Shown piece after piece: positions 35,855 to 44,048 of a stretch of DNA of 64,000 bases. Position 1 is the stretch's first letter. Each line of letters begins with the position of its first letter. Origin of the DNA: a virus (lineage: Duplodnaviria > Caudoviricetes); IMG/VR virus record IMGVR_UViG_3300046615_000401, positions 1 through 64,000 of that record; one strand, 5' to 3'. The position numbers and the translations under genes are program-made. The notes beneath the pieces are model-generated. The model saw only the letters and a program-made list of their open reading frames with translations. It ran no database searches and had not been told where the DNA came from.

Positions 35855-37792
35855 TCAGATCAGTTCACACTGGCCGGCAGTACAGGCCAGCTCCTTGACA
35901 TTGACGGTGCGATCGTCTTTTTCAAACTCGCTGAGCGCATCCCAGTCGAACTTGGGCATCTTGGCTTGCAAGGCCAGGAATTCCTCCTCGGTGCACTCGT
36001 TGTACGGCGCCTGGCGGTAGGTATGGTCGCTGTGGGGCAGGAAGGAGACACCGGCTATCTTGTCGAAGTTGCGGTACACCCAGTCGCCCACACCCAGCCA
36101 TTCATGGTCGCGCACATAGATCGTGTTGGACACATTGTGCTCGGACCATACCGTCTGGAACATCAGGTAGTGTTCCAGCTGCTCCAGGGCAGTACGGTCA
36201 TTGCGGAACACCGAGTCTGCTGGAGCGGCTACCGGGAAGCTGAAGATGTCAGTGGTGTCGGGCTTGTTGACGCAGTCTTCCACCGGGAAGCCTTGCTGGC
36301 GCATCAGCTGAGCCAATGGATCCTTCTTGTCGGCGCGCACCGTGCGGATGTACCAGCGCGAGTAACGTTCATGCTTGCCACTGGCTGAATCTACCAGCTG
36401 CGACACTGTTCCGCTTGGCTTGACGGTGGTGATGGCCACCGACTGGTTGATGCCCAGCTTGGATGCCCATACCTTGTTGATCTCGATGGCGTGCTGCTTC
36501 ATTTCGGTCAACCAGCTTACAGCTTCCGCATTGGTTTGCGACAGCACAGCGTGGTCCATGATGCCGGTCAGCGAGACACCCAGCAGGCGTTCTTCTTCCT
36601 GGTTGGTTTGCCAGATCTTGCGCACGTAGCGGAAGTTGGTCAGCATCGACTGGTAGGTGCCGATGATGGTGGCCACTTCGATCTTGTCCTTCAGTTGCTG
36701 CAGCGTGTCACCGGCACGGACGATGACTTCCGACAGGTTGCACAAGCCAGCTGAGCGCAGGGTGATCTCAGCGCAGGGATTGACGCCGACGATCTGGGTA
36801 TGGTCACGCCGGCCGGATTCAATCGCCTTCTTGATGGCAGCTTCCCGGTTGAAGATGCCACGCTCGCCCGACTTCGATTCGATCAGCGACAGCCATTCCC
36901 GCATGAACACTTCGACGTCGGGGCGCTCGGTGTAGGCCGCCGAGTTGTTGGCCAGGGCACGATGCGGATTGGTCAGCCACCACTGGCCGGTCTTGGCGCC
37001 ACGCATGCGGTCATCCGACAGGTTGGATAGCGAGATCAGGGCAGAGCGACGTACACCACCGACCACCACGATATCGGCTACCTTGCACACCAGGTCATGG
37101 CATTCAATACTGGTCAGTTTGCGACCGACCGCGGTACTGAAGGTTTCCACGGCGAAGTTGAACAGATCGATGAGGGGCTGGGGTCCAGAGGCACGGCCAC
37201 CGAACACCTTCAGCTTTTCACCTGCCTTGCGCACGCCAGAGGTGTCCCACTTGGGGATGTAACCGGCATACAGGTAGCTGAGCAGCTGGCGGAAGGCATC
37301 CGACCAGCCGCCCTTGGAGTCGCGTACCACGATGGTGTGGTCCACCGGCATCAGCTTGTCGATGGTTTCGATCCGCTGCAGACCGGCCTTGTCGGTGGTG
37401 ATCTTGGCGCCGATGATGGGCAGTTTGGTGATATATTGCCGTTCCACCGAGAAGCCGACACCGGTACCGCACATGCTGACATTCAGAATTTCATCAAAGG
37501 CACGCACGTCATCGACGGCGATGAAGGAGCAGTTGAAGCCTGCCATGGGATCGCGTTCCAGGGCTGGCCCGGCTGTCATCAGGGCGCGCATGGAGGGCAT
37601 AACTTTGAGGGAGACGATGGCGTCGTAGATAGCCTGGGCGGGGTAGTGCGGGAATTTGTTTTGGAAATAGTCCACATAGCGCTGGACCGTCTCTTCCCAG
37701 GTTTCTCGCCGTTCCTTGCCATCGATCCAGCGAGCGTAGCGGCTCTTGTGGACGTACTCCTGCAAAGGTGTGGGGAGTTGGTTTGCTTGCAT
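35855..37792 (-). CDS. nrdJ: Class II (adenosylcobalamin-dependent) ribonucleotide reductase
   Basis: PSMRALMTAG, NCSF, GGRASGP, GGVRRSA, NPCAEI, CNLSE, TTVKPSGTVSQL, C-terminal CTAGQCEL; no small subunit present. Confidence 0.92.
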   Translation of the reverse strand: MQANQLPTPLQEYVHKSRYARWIDGKERRETWEETVQRYVDYFQNKFPHYPAQAIYDAIVSLKVMPSMRALMTAGPALERDPMAGFNCSFIAVDDVRAFDEILNVSMCGTGVGFSVERQYITKLPIIGAKITTDKAGLQRIETIDKLMPVDHTIVVRDSKGGWSDAFRQLLSYLYAGYIPKWDTSGVRKAGEKLKVFGGRASGPQPLIDLFNFAVETFSTAVGRKLTSIECHDLVCKVADIVVVGGVRRSALISLSNLSDDRMRGAKTGQWWLTNPHRALANNSAAYTERPDVEVFMREWLSLIESKSGERGIFNREAAIKKAIESGRRDHTQIVGVNPCAEITLRSAGLCNLSEVIVRAGDTLQQLKDKIEVATIIGTYQSMLTNFRYVRKIWQTNQEEERLLGVSLTGIMDHAVLSQTNAEAVSWLTEMKQHAIEINKVWASKLGINQSVAITTVKPSGTVSQLVDSASGKHERYSRWYIRTVRADKKDPLAQLMRQQGFPVEDCVNKPDTTDIFSFPVAAPADSVFRNDRTALEQLEHYLMFQTVWSEHNVSNTIYVRDHEWLGVGDWVYRNFDKIAGVSFLPHSDHTYRQAPYNECTEEEFLALQAKMPKFDWDALSEFEKDDRTVNVKELACTAGQCELI

Positions 37793-37824
37793 GGTTTGTT
37801 CTTTCTCTTATGGCTGCGTTGATG

Positions 37825-37910
37825 AAAAAGGAGCCAGGCAATCCAGAAGTAATGGATGGACGGCTCCGTAGTTGCTGCTAGGCTACGGTATGGGTGTTGT
37901 GGGAAACACC
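37825..37910 (-). promoter_or_regulatory. Structured leader with a terminator-like hairpin upstream of nrdJ
   Basis: Three consecutive hairpins; the last (GGAGCC/GGCUCC) is followed by UUUUU about 30 nt before the ATG. Confidence 0.5.
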
Positions 37911-37978
37911 TATGTTACGCAGACTGCAAAGGTACACAAGTGATATATTTTTTGTAAGCAACTGTGCGTTGTGCTCCT

Positions 37979-38980
37979 TTATGTGTTAGATAGTGCCTTG
38001 TAGCACTCATTAGGTATCAGTTTGCGGTACTGTATCCATCCACACAGGTTACCGGACCAGAAGGCGCCATCACGGTCCATGTGACTGATACCCATCTCCC
38101 AATGGGTAGGAAAGTGGTCCGCACCCAACACAGCGTGGGATATCTTCATCGGACTGGCTTGGTGCTCGAAGGCTGAAGCGTGCTTACGCTCGCTGCCCAC
38201 CAGTCGATCATAGACTTCCAGGCTCTTGGCCAGGTCGTAGCCTTCATTACGGTAGCTGACGGCCGCACAGCGAGCACAGGACACCTTGATGGCTTGATCC
38301 AAGGTAAGAGTCAGCGTGTCATTAGGCACAACGAGGTAAAACTCCTGCCGACCGTCTTCCATACGCACTGAGTCCACGTAAGGCAGATGCCAGTCGCCCG
38401 GTTGCAACACTTCAGGCGTACTGGCTTCCTTGGCTTCGCGCATGACGCGGGCCAGTTCACGGATAGTGGGATCAGCAGCGTCGTCATCCCGCAACCAGAA
38501 GAAGTTATCCACCTCGGTGGCGGACAGTACGGTCTTCTGCATCTGCCAGGTTTCCATCAAGCGGTTGTACACCTGCTTGTGGTAGCCAGCTTCGTAGAAT
38601 GCCTGGGCAAACTTGATGGCAGACTCCTTGGCCAGTTTCCATGCCTGCTTAGGGGTGAATGGTTTGGTTTCAGTAAGACCATTTTCGGTGTTCAGGATGT
38701 CCAGCCACACCAGCGCATCATGGTCTTCACCTTTGTCCTGCATGCCGGCTTGATTAGCACCGAAACGCACGGGCTCACCGTTCAACTGGTCCAGCATCTT
38801 CAGGAATGGGACTGCACGGCTGCTGAAGCTATTGCGAGACTTCTGCCTGTGCGTGTTCAGCTCGGCCAGGATCAGCCTGGGATACTCAGCCTCCCAGGTA
38901 ATCATCTCCTTGCCGAACTGCGAGATACTGTGGGCTAGTATCGTGGCTTTAATGCCGTTCTTACCTGTGATTGTGATCAT
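37979..38980 (-). CDS. thyX: FAD-dependent thymidylate synthase
   Basis: YPRLILAELNTHRQKSRNSFSSRAVP, SCARCAAVSY, HASAFEHQA; start at MITIT behind an AAGGAG SD. Confidence 0.88.
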   Translation of the reverse strand: MITITGKNGIKATILAHSISQFGKEMITWEAEYPRLILAELNTHRQKSRNSFSSRAVPFLKMLDQLNGEPVRFGANQAGMQDKGEDHDALVWLDILNTENGLTETKPFTPKQAWKLAKESAIKFAQAFYEAGYHKQVYNRLMETWQMQKTVLSATEVDNFFWLRDDDAADPTIRELARVMREAKEASTPEVLQPGDWHLPYVDSVRMEDGRQEFYLVVPNDTLTLTLDQAIKVSCARCAAVSYRNEGYDLAKSLEVYDRLVGSERKHASAFEHQASPMKISHAVLGADHFPTHWEMGISHMDRDGAFWSGNLCGWIQYRKLIPNECYKALSNT

Positions 38981-39084
38981 AAGACTCCTTCTACGTGGTT
39001 GAGCAACGTAATGTTGCATTGTGGGTGGGTTTCCTGTATGGAATAATGCGATAATGCAGAAAATCAACATGCAACGGGGAAACT

Positions 39085-40380
39085 ATGTCTTGTAACGACG
39101 GTACATGCGGCACGGGTGGCTGGGGTGGCCCACTGCCAGGGGATCCCAGCAGCAACAGCATCCTGACGGCGACACCAGCGTTTGGCGGGATCGACATCAA
39201 CTACACGCTGCCAACGGTCAATCCCTTTGCGGTGGCGTTCGCCATTTTGTACCGCGGCATTATCCCGGATTTTGCCGGCGCCATCGTGCATCGGGATGGG
39301 ATGAACGGTGGCTTCTACTTCGACAAGGTGGATCCACCGACCGAGTATTTCTACTGGATTCAGTTCGTCTCCGTGAATGGTACCCATGGCGACATCATCG
39401 GTCCGGTGAGTGCCATCGCCCGGTTGAAGATCGAGGAAACCATCGAGGTGCTGACCGGGCAGATTGACGATGGTTTACTGGCCCAGTCCTTGAAGACGGA
39501 CATTGCCCAGATCCCGCTGATCGACAACAAGATCTTCCTGGAGATCGCCAATCGGCTTATTGCCAATGCCACCCTGTCGGCTGCCATTGCGCAAGTGCAG
39601 GACAATGCGGACGCCTCACTGGCGTTTGTGCAGGAGGAGATCACCCAGCGGCAGGATGCCGATGCCGCCCTGGTGACGTCGATCAATTTGCTGTACACCC
39701 AGGCTGCAGGCAATGCTGCAGCGATCCTGGAAGAGAAGACCATCCGTGCCAGCAAGGATGACGCCATGGCAGCGGATATTGAGACGCTGACGGCAGCCAT
39801 CGGTGATGGTGGCGGTGCGGCACTGGAGGAGGAAAAGACGGTACGCGCCAATGCAGACAGTGCCCTGGCCGCGGCCATCACCACGGCCCAGACCACGCTT
39901 AATGGCAACATCGCTTCAGCGCAGACGACCCTGCAAACCAACATCAACATCCAGGCCGGCAGGATCACCTCTATCGGTGCTCTGTATACAGCCAAGGTGA
40001 CGGTGAATGGCTTGATCGGTGGCTTCGGTGTCTACAATGATGGCACCACAGTGGAGGCTGGCTTTGATGTAGATACCTTCTGGGTGGGACGTACGGCTGC
40101 CAACAAGCGCAAGCCCTTCATCATCGTGGGCTCGGAAACCTTCATCGATGAGGCGGTGATCAACAAGCTGACCTTCGACAAGCTGCGCGCCGCTGATGGG
40201 TCCCTGATTGTGTCAGGGGGCAAGGTGCAAGCACAGTACTTGGAAGTAGGTAGCTTGACGGCACAGCACATTAACGTCGCTTCAGGTGGTGGAGGTACCA
40301 ATCGTATGTACATGAACGATGGTCTTATCCAGGTCTATGACTCTAACAATGTGCTGCGTGTTCGTATAGGAGTGTGGTGA
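39085..40380 (+). CDS. Tail tip/fibre protein with a J-like DUF1983 C-terminal region
   Basis: Ala-rich coiled coil, then KVTVNGLIGGFG...FDVDTFWVG...PFII...TFIDEAVI and the terminal IQVYDSNNVLRVRIGVW. Confidence 0.8.
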   Translation: MSCNDGTCGTGGWGGPLPGDPSSNSILTATPAFGGIDINYTLPTVNPFAVAFAILYRGIIPDFAGAIVHRDGMNGGFYFDKVDPPTEYFYWIQFVSVNGTHGDIIGPVSAIARLKIEETIEVLTGQIDDGLLAQSLKTDIAQIPLIDNKIFLEIANRLIANATLSAAIAQVQDNADASLAFVQEEITQRQDADAALVTSINLLYTQAAGNAAAILEEKTIRASKDDAMAADIETLTAAIGDGGGAALEEEKTVRANADSALAAAITTAQTTLNGNIASAQTTLQTNINIQAGRITSIGALYTAKVTVNGLIGGFGVYNDGTTVEAGFDVDTFWVGRTAANKRKPFIIVGSETFIDEAVINKLTFDKLRAADGSLIVSGGKVQAQYLEVGSLTAQHINVASGGGGTNRMYMNDGLIQVYDSNNVLRVRIGVW

Positions 40381-40679
40381 TGTCAGCAGGCTTACAAGTA
40401 TTCAATGGAGATGGTTCACTGTTGTTGGACACGTCTCACTACATCGGGCGTCTGCTGGGCGTGATTGACTGTAACTCTGCGTCAGGCTCAGCATATGTGA
40501 CGGGACTTGATCAGGGTATTCCCTTTGCCGTTCCGATGATCCAGATGACCACGGCCTATAACTACGGCACGAACAGCTACCCCGACTGCAGCTTCAGTGG
40601 CAACACAGTGTTCTGGACTCGACAGACTGCTGCCGCATTAAGTCTGCCACCTTGCAAACTCATACTGGGAGTACGCTAA
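40380..40679 (+). CDS. Small tail-tip accessory protein
   Basis: MSAGLQVFNGDGSLLLDTS pattern, typical of genes after J in T1/N15-like tips; ATGA overlap and GGAG SD. Confidence 0.7.
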   Translation: MSAGLQVFNGDGSLLLDTSHYIGRLLGVIDCNSASGSAYVTGLDQGIPFAVPMIQMTTAYNYGTNSYPDCSFSGNTVFWTRQTAAALSLPPCKLILGVR

Positions 40680-41350
40680 TGCCTACTGGTTTCCAGGCCA
40701 TCAATGACAACGGTACTTTCCAGATTGATGGCGAGTACCCGCAGTTCGTTCTGCGGCATAAATATGACGTTCATACAACCAATGAGCGTACTGGCGATAA
40801 CAGTGGTTCTGACACCTATTTCTATGGCTTTGTGACGGTGTATGACGATGAAATACTCGCCATACGTTCTAGTGGTTTCGCTGCTGTGGTATCCAAACAG
40901 GGTAACACCACAATGATCATGGCAAGGTCTCCCAATGCCTTGGTGGAATGCTATGTTTTTGGTCAAGTGTTCGATGTGGGCTCTCATTTTGGTATGCAGG
41001 TGTTTAACTCGACCGGTACGCTGGTATTCGACTCTGCACAGAAGATTCTGGCCATGGTGGGCTTTGTAACAGGGGAAGGCTGGAATTACTACCAACCAGG
41101 GCGTAAATACGCAGCAATCTGCTGTAATCAATCCTTGGTGATCACAGAGGACTACTATAGTGCTGGTGGCTTCGACTACAGGACTTCCTACGCTAGTCGT
41201 GGGGGTATATTTGCTGTGGATGGTGCTCTAGGTATCTTCCACCAGCAATATTGGAAGTTCACTGAGGATCTCTCCAGTGGTTACAACGTCCAAGCTATCG
41301 TATCCACCGTACCTAACCGCCACATCGTCATTGATGTGACCAACTACTGA
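40679..41350 (+). CDS. Tail-tip accessory protein
   Basis: MPTGFQAINDNGTFQID and internal FGMQVFNSTGTLVFDS motifs; overlaps the upstream stop. Confidence 0.7.
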   Translation: MPTGFQAINDNGTFQIDGEYPQFVLRHKYDVHTTNERTGDNSGSDTYFYGFVTVYDDEILAIRSSGFAAVVSKQGNTTMIMARSPNALVECYVFGQVFDVGSHFGMQVFNSTGTLVFDSAQKILAMVGFVTGEGWNYYQPGRKYAAICCNQSLVITEDYYSAGGFDYRTSYASRGGIFAVDGALGIFHQQYWKFTEDLSSGYNVQAIVSTVPNRHIVIDVTNY

Positions 41351-41368
41351 GTTCAACACGTCTTTCCG

Positions 41369-41397
41369 TTGCACAAGCTTGTATTCCATGTGACAAT
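41369..41397 (+). promoter_or_regulatory. Sigma70-like late promoter
   Basis: TTGCAC-17 nt-GACAAT with a TG extended -10. Confidence 0.5.
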
Positions 41398-41447
41398 GTG
41401 CCCGGTAGCAACAGTTACCACCACACAACCACCACACAGGGATACAT

Positions 41448-41831
41448 ATGGCCAAGTTTGCACACAATGACGTCCTGGACCAAGGTCCAAATCTGATCAA
41501 AACCGCTTGCACCAAGATGATCCTGGTGTCGGCCTACACGGCTGGCGATTCCTACGCCACCATCCAGACCAACAAGCTAGCGGAAGTCACCATGGCAGCC
41601 GGTGACTTCACGCTGTCCTCGTCCGGCAGTAACCGTCTGCTGACGGTGGGTTCCGGCAAGACTGCTGCAGCGTCTGCCAGTGCAGCCGGTACCCCGGATC
41701 TGCACATCGCCTTCACGGATGGCTCGGCCAAGGTGCTGTGGGTGACCGATGAAACCACCAACCAGGCGGTGGTGGCGACGAACACCATCAACTTCCCAGC
41801 GCCGGTGTACACCTCCAATCAGCCGACCTAA
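41448..41831 (+). CDS. Small beta-rich virion/tail-appendage protein
   Basis: 127 aa, Ala/Thr/Ser-rich, high-expression codon bias; first gene of the appendage unit. Confidence 0.6.
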   Translation: MAKFAHNDVLDQGPNLIKTACTKMILVSAYTAGDSYATIQTNKLAEVTMAAGDFTLSSSGSNRLLTVGSGKTAAASASAAGTPDLHIAFTDGSAKVLWVTDETTNQAVVATNTINFPAPVYTSNQPT

Positions 41832-41834
41832 ACC

Positions 41835-42956
41835 ATGCCAGTCGCCGACAATTACGCCGGTGCGGCCGGCGCAGCAATTTACTGCGGTATGGACGCGCCG
41901 ACTGTGCCTGTGGTGTCACCGGCATGGTTGGCGAGTAAGGCACCGCTTGAATGGTTCCCCATAGCCAATACCGCTGGCTATGGTGGCGCCGCCATCAATC
42001 CTTGGGGTGGTTGGGTCGAAGTACCGGATGGCGAGCTGCTGATTCCTGCTTCCGGGGGTCACAACGACAGTTACGACAACCGGGTTGTCAGCATTGATCT
42101 GCATGCTGATGTACCAACCTGGACGGTACGTGTACCAGCATCCGCATTTAATGACTGTGTGCGGAATTTACCTTATTGCCTGGATGGTAAACCAGCCTCC
42201 CGCCACAACTACGCCCAAGCTCACTGGTCAACGGTGCGTAATAGGGTCATGTTGCTGGGGTGCGCAGGTGCCTGGGGGGATGGTTACAGTCTGACTACTG
42301 TGGACGGTTTTGATCCTGTTACCAACACCTGGGATCCCCCAGGTACCTATCCAGATATCGTACCTGGCTACTATGGTGTGGCCATGGATGCTGATGGCAA
42401 TGCCTGGTCATTCAGTACGCCTTCTAACGGTACCCGAAAATTCAATATAACCACGAATACGTGGTCGAATCCGGGTACGGTTACACCAACAGGGTGGGTG
42501 CGAGATCCCTGGGTACTGAATCCTTCGGATGACACGTTGTTCGGTCTGTGCTGGATGGATAACCGATCGCAAACTTCTGCACCTACGGCGGTTAATGCCA
42601 TCCGCTTCAATGTGGCCACCAATACCATGACGCAGATCACGTTTAATGCATCAGCAGCGCTGTCACGCTTCATTTCTGATGCAACTGATGGTGGCACCAT
42701 GACCTATGACTCGATTAATAATCGATTCCTCTGGTACTCAGGTAAGCCACCAAGTGCTGGTGTGGTATTCGTTATTACCCCGAACAGTGGCAATGTTTGG
42801 GATATGTCCCTGCTCACTTTCGGTGCCGGCTCAACACCACCTGGTAATTCAGTTAATGCGGGTATTAACTGCCGCTTTACGTTTATTCCGTCGCTGGGTG
42901 CAGTAGTTTGTGCACCTGGATCCGCAAGCAATATGTACGCATTCAAGGTGGCCTAA
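41835..42956 (+). CDS. Kelch/galactose-oxidase-like beta-propeller protein
   Basis: GGHNDSYDN, DGKPASRH.Y, repeated F[DN]..TNTW blade motifs. Confidence 0.7.
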   Translation: MPVADNYAGAAGAAIYCGMDAPTVPVVSPAWLASKAPLEWFPIANTAGYGGAAINPWGGWVEVPDGELLIPASGGHNDSYDNRVVSIDLHADVPTWTVRVPASAFNDCVRNLPYCLDGKPASRHNYAQAHWSTVRNRVMLLGCAGAWGDGYSLTTVDGFDPVTNTWDPPGTYPDIVPGYYGVAMDADGNAWSFSTPSNGTRKFNITTNTWSNPGTVTPTGWVRDPWVLNPSDDTLFGLCWMDNRSQTSAPTAVNAIRFNVATNTMTQITFNASAALSRFISDATDGGTMTYDSINNRFLWYSGKPPSAGVVFVITPNSGNVWDMSLLTFGAGSTPPGNSVNAGINCRFTFIPSLGAVVCAPGSASNMYAFKVA

Positions 42957-44048
42957 ATGTCTGCACTACACTTAGATGGTACCGGCTACCTAGAGTACCC
43001 GGCAAAAATTGTTTCAGCTTTCCCGTATAGTATGTCCATCTGGGTGTCTCGTGATGCCGCTACAGGTGCTGGGCAATGGGTCATGGGGCAGATGCAAAGC
43101 AATGGAGATCGACATGCTTCTGCATGGCTGGATCCAAATGGCTCCACCAAATATGCATCGATCAGGAACCCTGGCGCGCAACACAATGCAACAGATGTCC
43201 CTGCCACTATCACTAGCAATCTTCAATTGATGGTGGTGGTGTTTGAGAGTACCTCTTTACGTCATATTTACTTTGCAGGTAATACGTCGGACGGTACCAC
43301 CACCTGTGTTGATGACACTTCGCTGCATGACCGTTTTGTTGTGGGCGCATGGCATTACAACAGCCTGGCACCACAGTTCTTCCTGAACGGTAAAGTGGCA
43401 GAACCGCACCTGTATAACGGTATACTGTCGCCCACGCAGATCGCTGCACTACTCAACGATACTGTCAAGCCAGAAGACACAGTCGGCTGGGTGGACGGCT
43501 GGACCCTGAAGAACTTCGATTCGGGTGGTACCTACACGTCTATCAGTGGTACCCGCACGCTGACGGCAGTGGGTGGTGTCACGGCAGCAGGTGTCGCTCA
43601 CCCGATTACCCGTGCGGCGCCATCGCAGACGCTGACCGCGGCCAACTGCACGCAAGCCAATACCAGCAGCACCGGTGCCATAAGCCAGACCACACCACCT
43701 CCAGGGGTCAACTTGGTATCGGCTACCTGCACCCAGGTGAACAACTCCAGCAGCGTGGCCATCAGCCAATCAGGTGGCACCACGGGTACCATCACGCACC
43801 GACCCCTGGGCCGCAATGGGCACAACAGCTTGTCACCCCAGCTGTGGACCAATGAAACGGGACTGACCATCCACTACCGTTCCATGACCACTGGTTTGAC
43901 GGTACTCAGCAAGACTGGCTGGACCACGAATAGTGCGGGTGTCCCTCCTGCGGTAACGGATTCTCTGCTGGTGCCGGGTACCAGCTACGAGATCATGTTC
44001 ATCCTGGCAAATGGTGTGCGTGGCTTTGACGTCTTGGCGGCTGTATGA
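42957..44048 (+). CDS. LamG/concanavalin A-like lectin domain protein
   Basis: YSMSIWV, LMVVVF, FVVGAW...FLNGKVAEPHLYNGILSPTQIAAL; two C-terminal linker repeats. Confidence 0.75.
   Translation: MSALHLDGTGYLEYPAKIVSAFPYSMSIWVSRDAATGAGQWVMGQMQSNGDRHASAWLDPNGSTKYASIRNPGAQHNATDVPATITSNLQLMVVVFESTSLRHIYFAGNTSDGTTTCVDDTSLHDRFVVGAWHYNSLAPQFFLNGKVAEPHLYNGILSPTQIAALLNDTVKPEDTVGWVDGWTLKNFDSGGTYTSISGTRTLTAVGGVTAAGVAHPITRAAPSQTLTAANCTQANTSSTGAISQTTPPPGVNLVSATCTQVNNSSSVAISQSGGTTGTITHRPLGRNGHNSLSPQLWTNETGLTIHYRSMTTGLTVLSKTGWTTNSAGVPPAVTDSLLVPGTSYEIMFILANGVRGFDVLAAV
43632..43763 (+). repeat. Two copies of the L.AA.CTQ.N.SS.GAI coding repeat
   Basis: Units start at 43632 and 43713. Confidence 0.85.

Noticed and set aside
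37825-37910. Cobalamin riboswitch upstream of nrdJ
   Set aside because: The conserved B12-box and GGGAA elements are not visible on the transcribed strand; kept only as a generic attenuator candidate.
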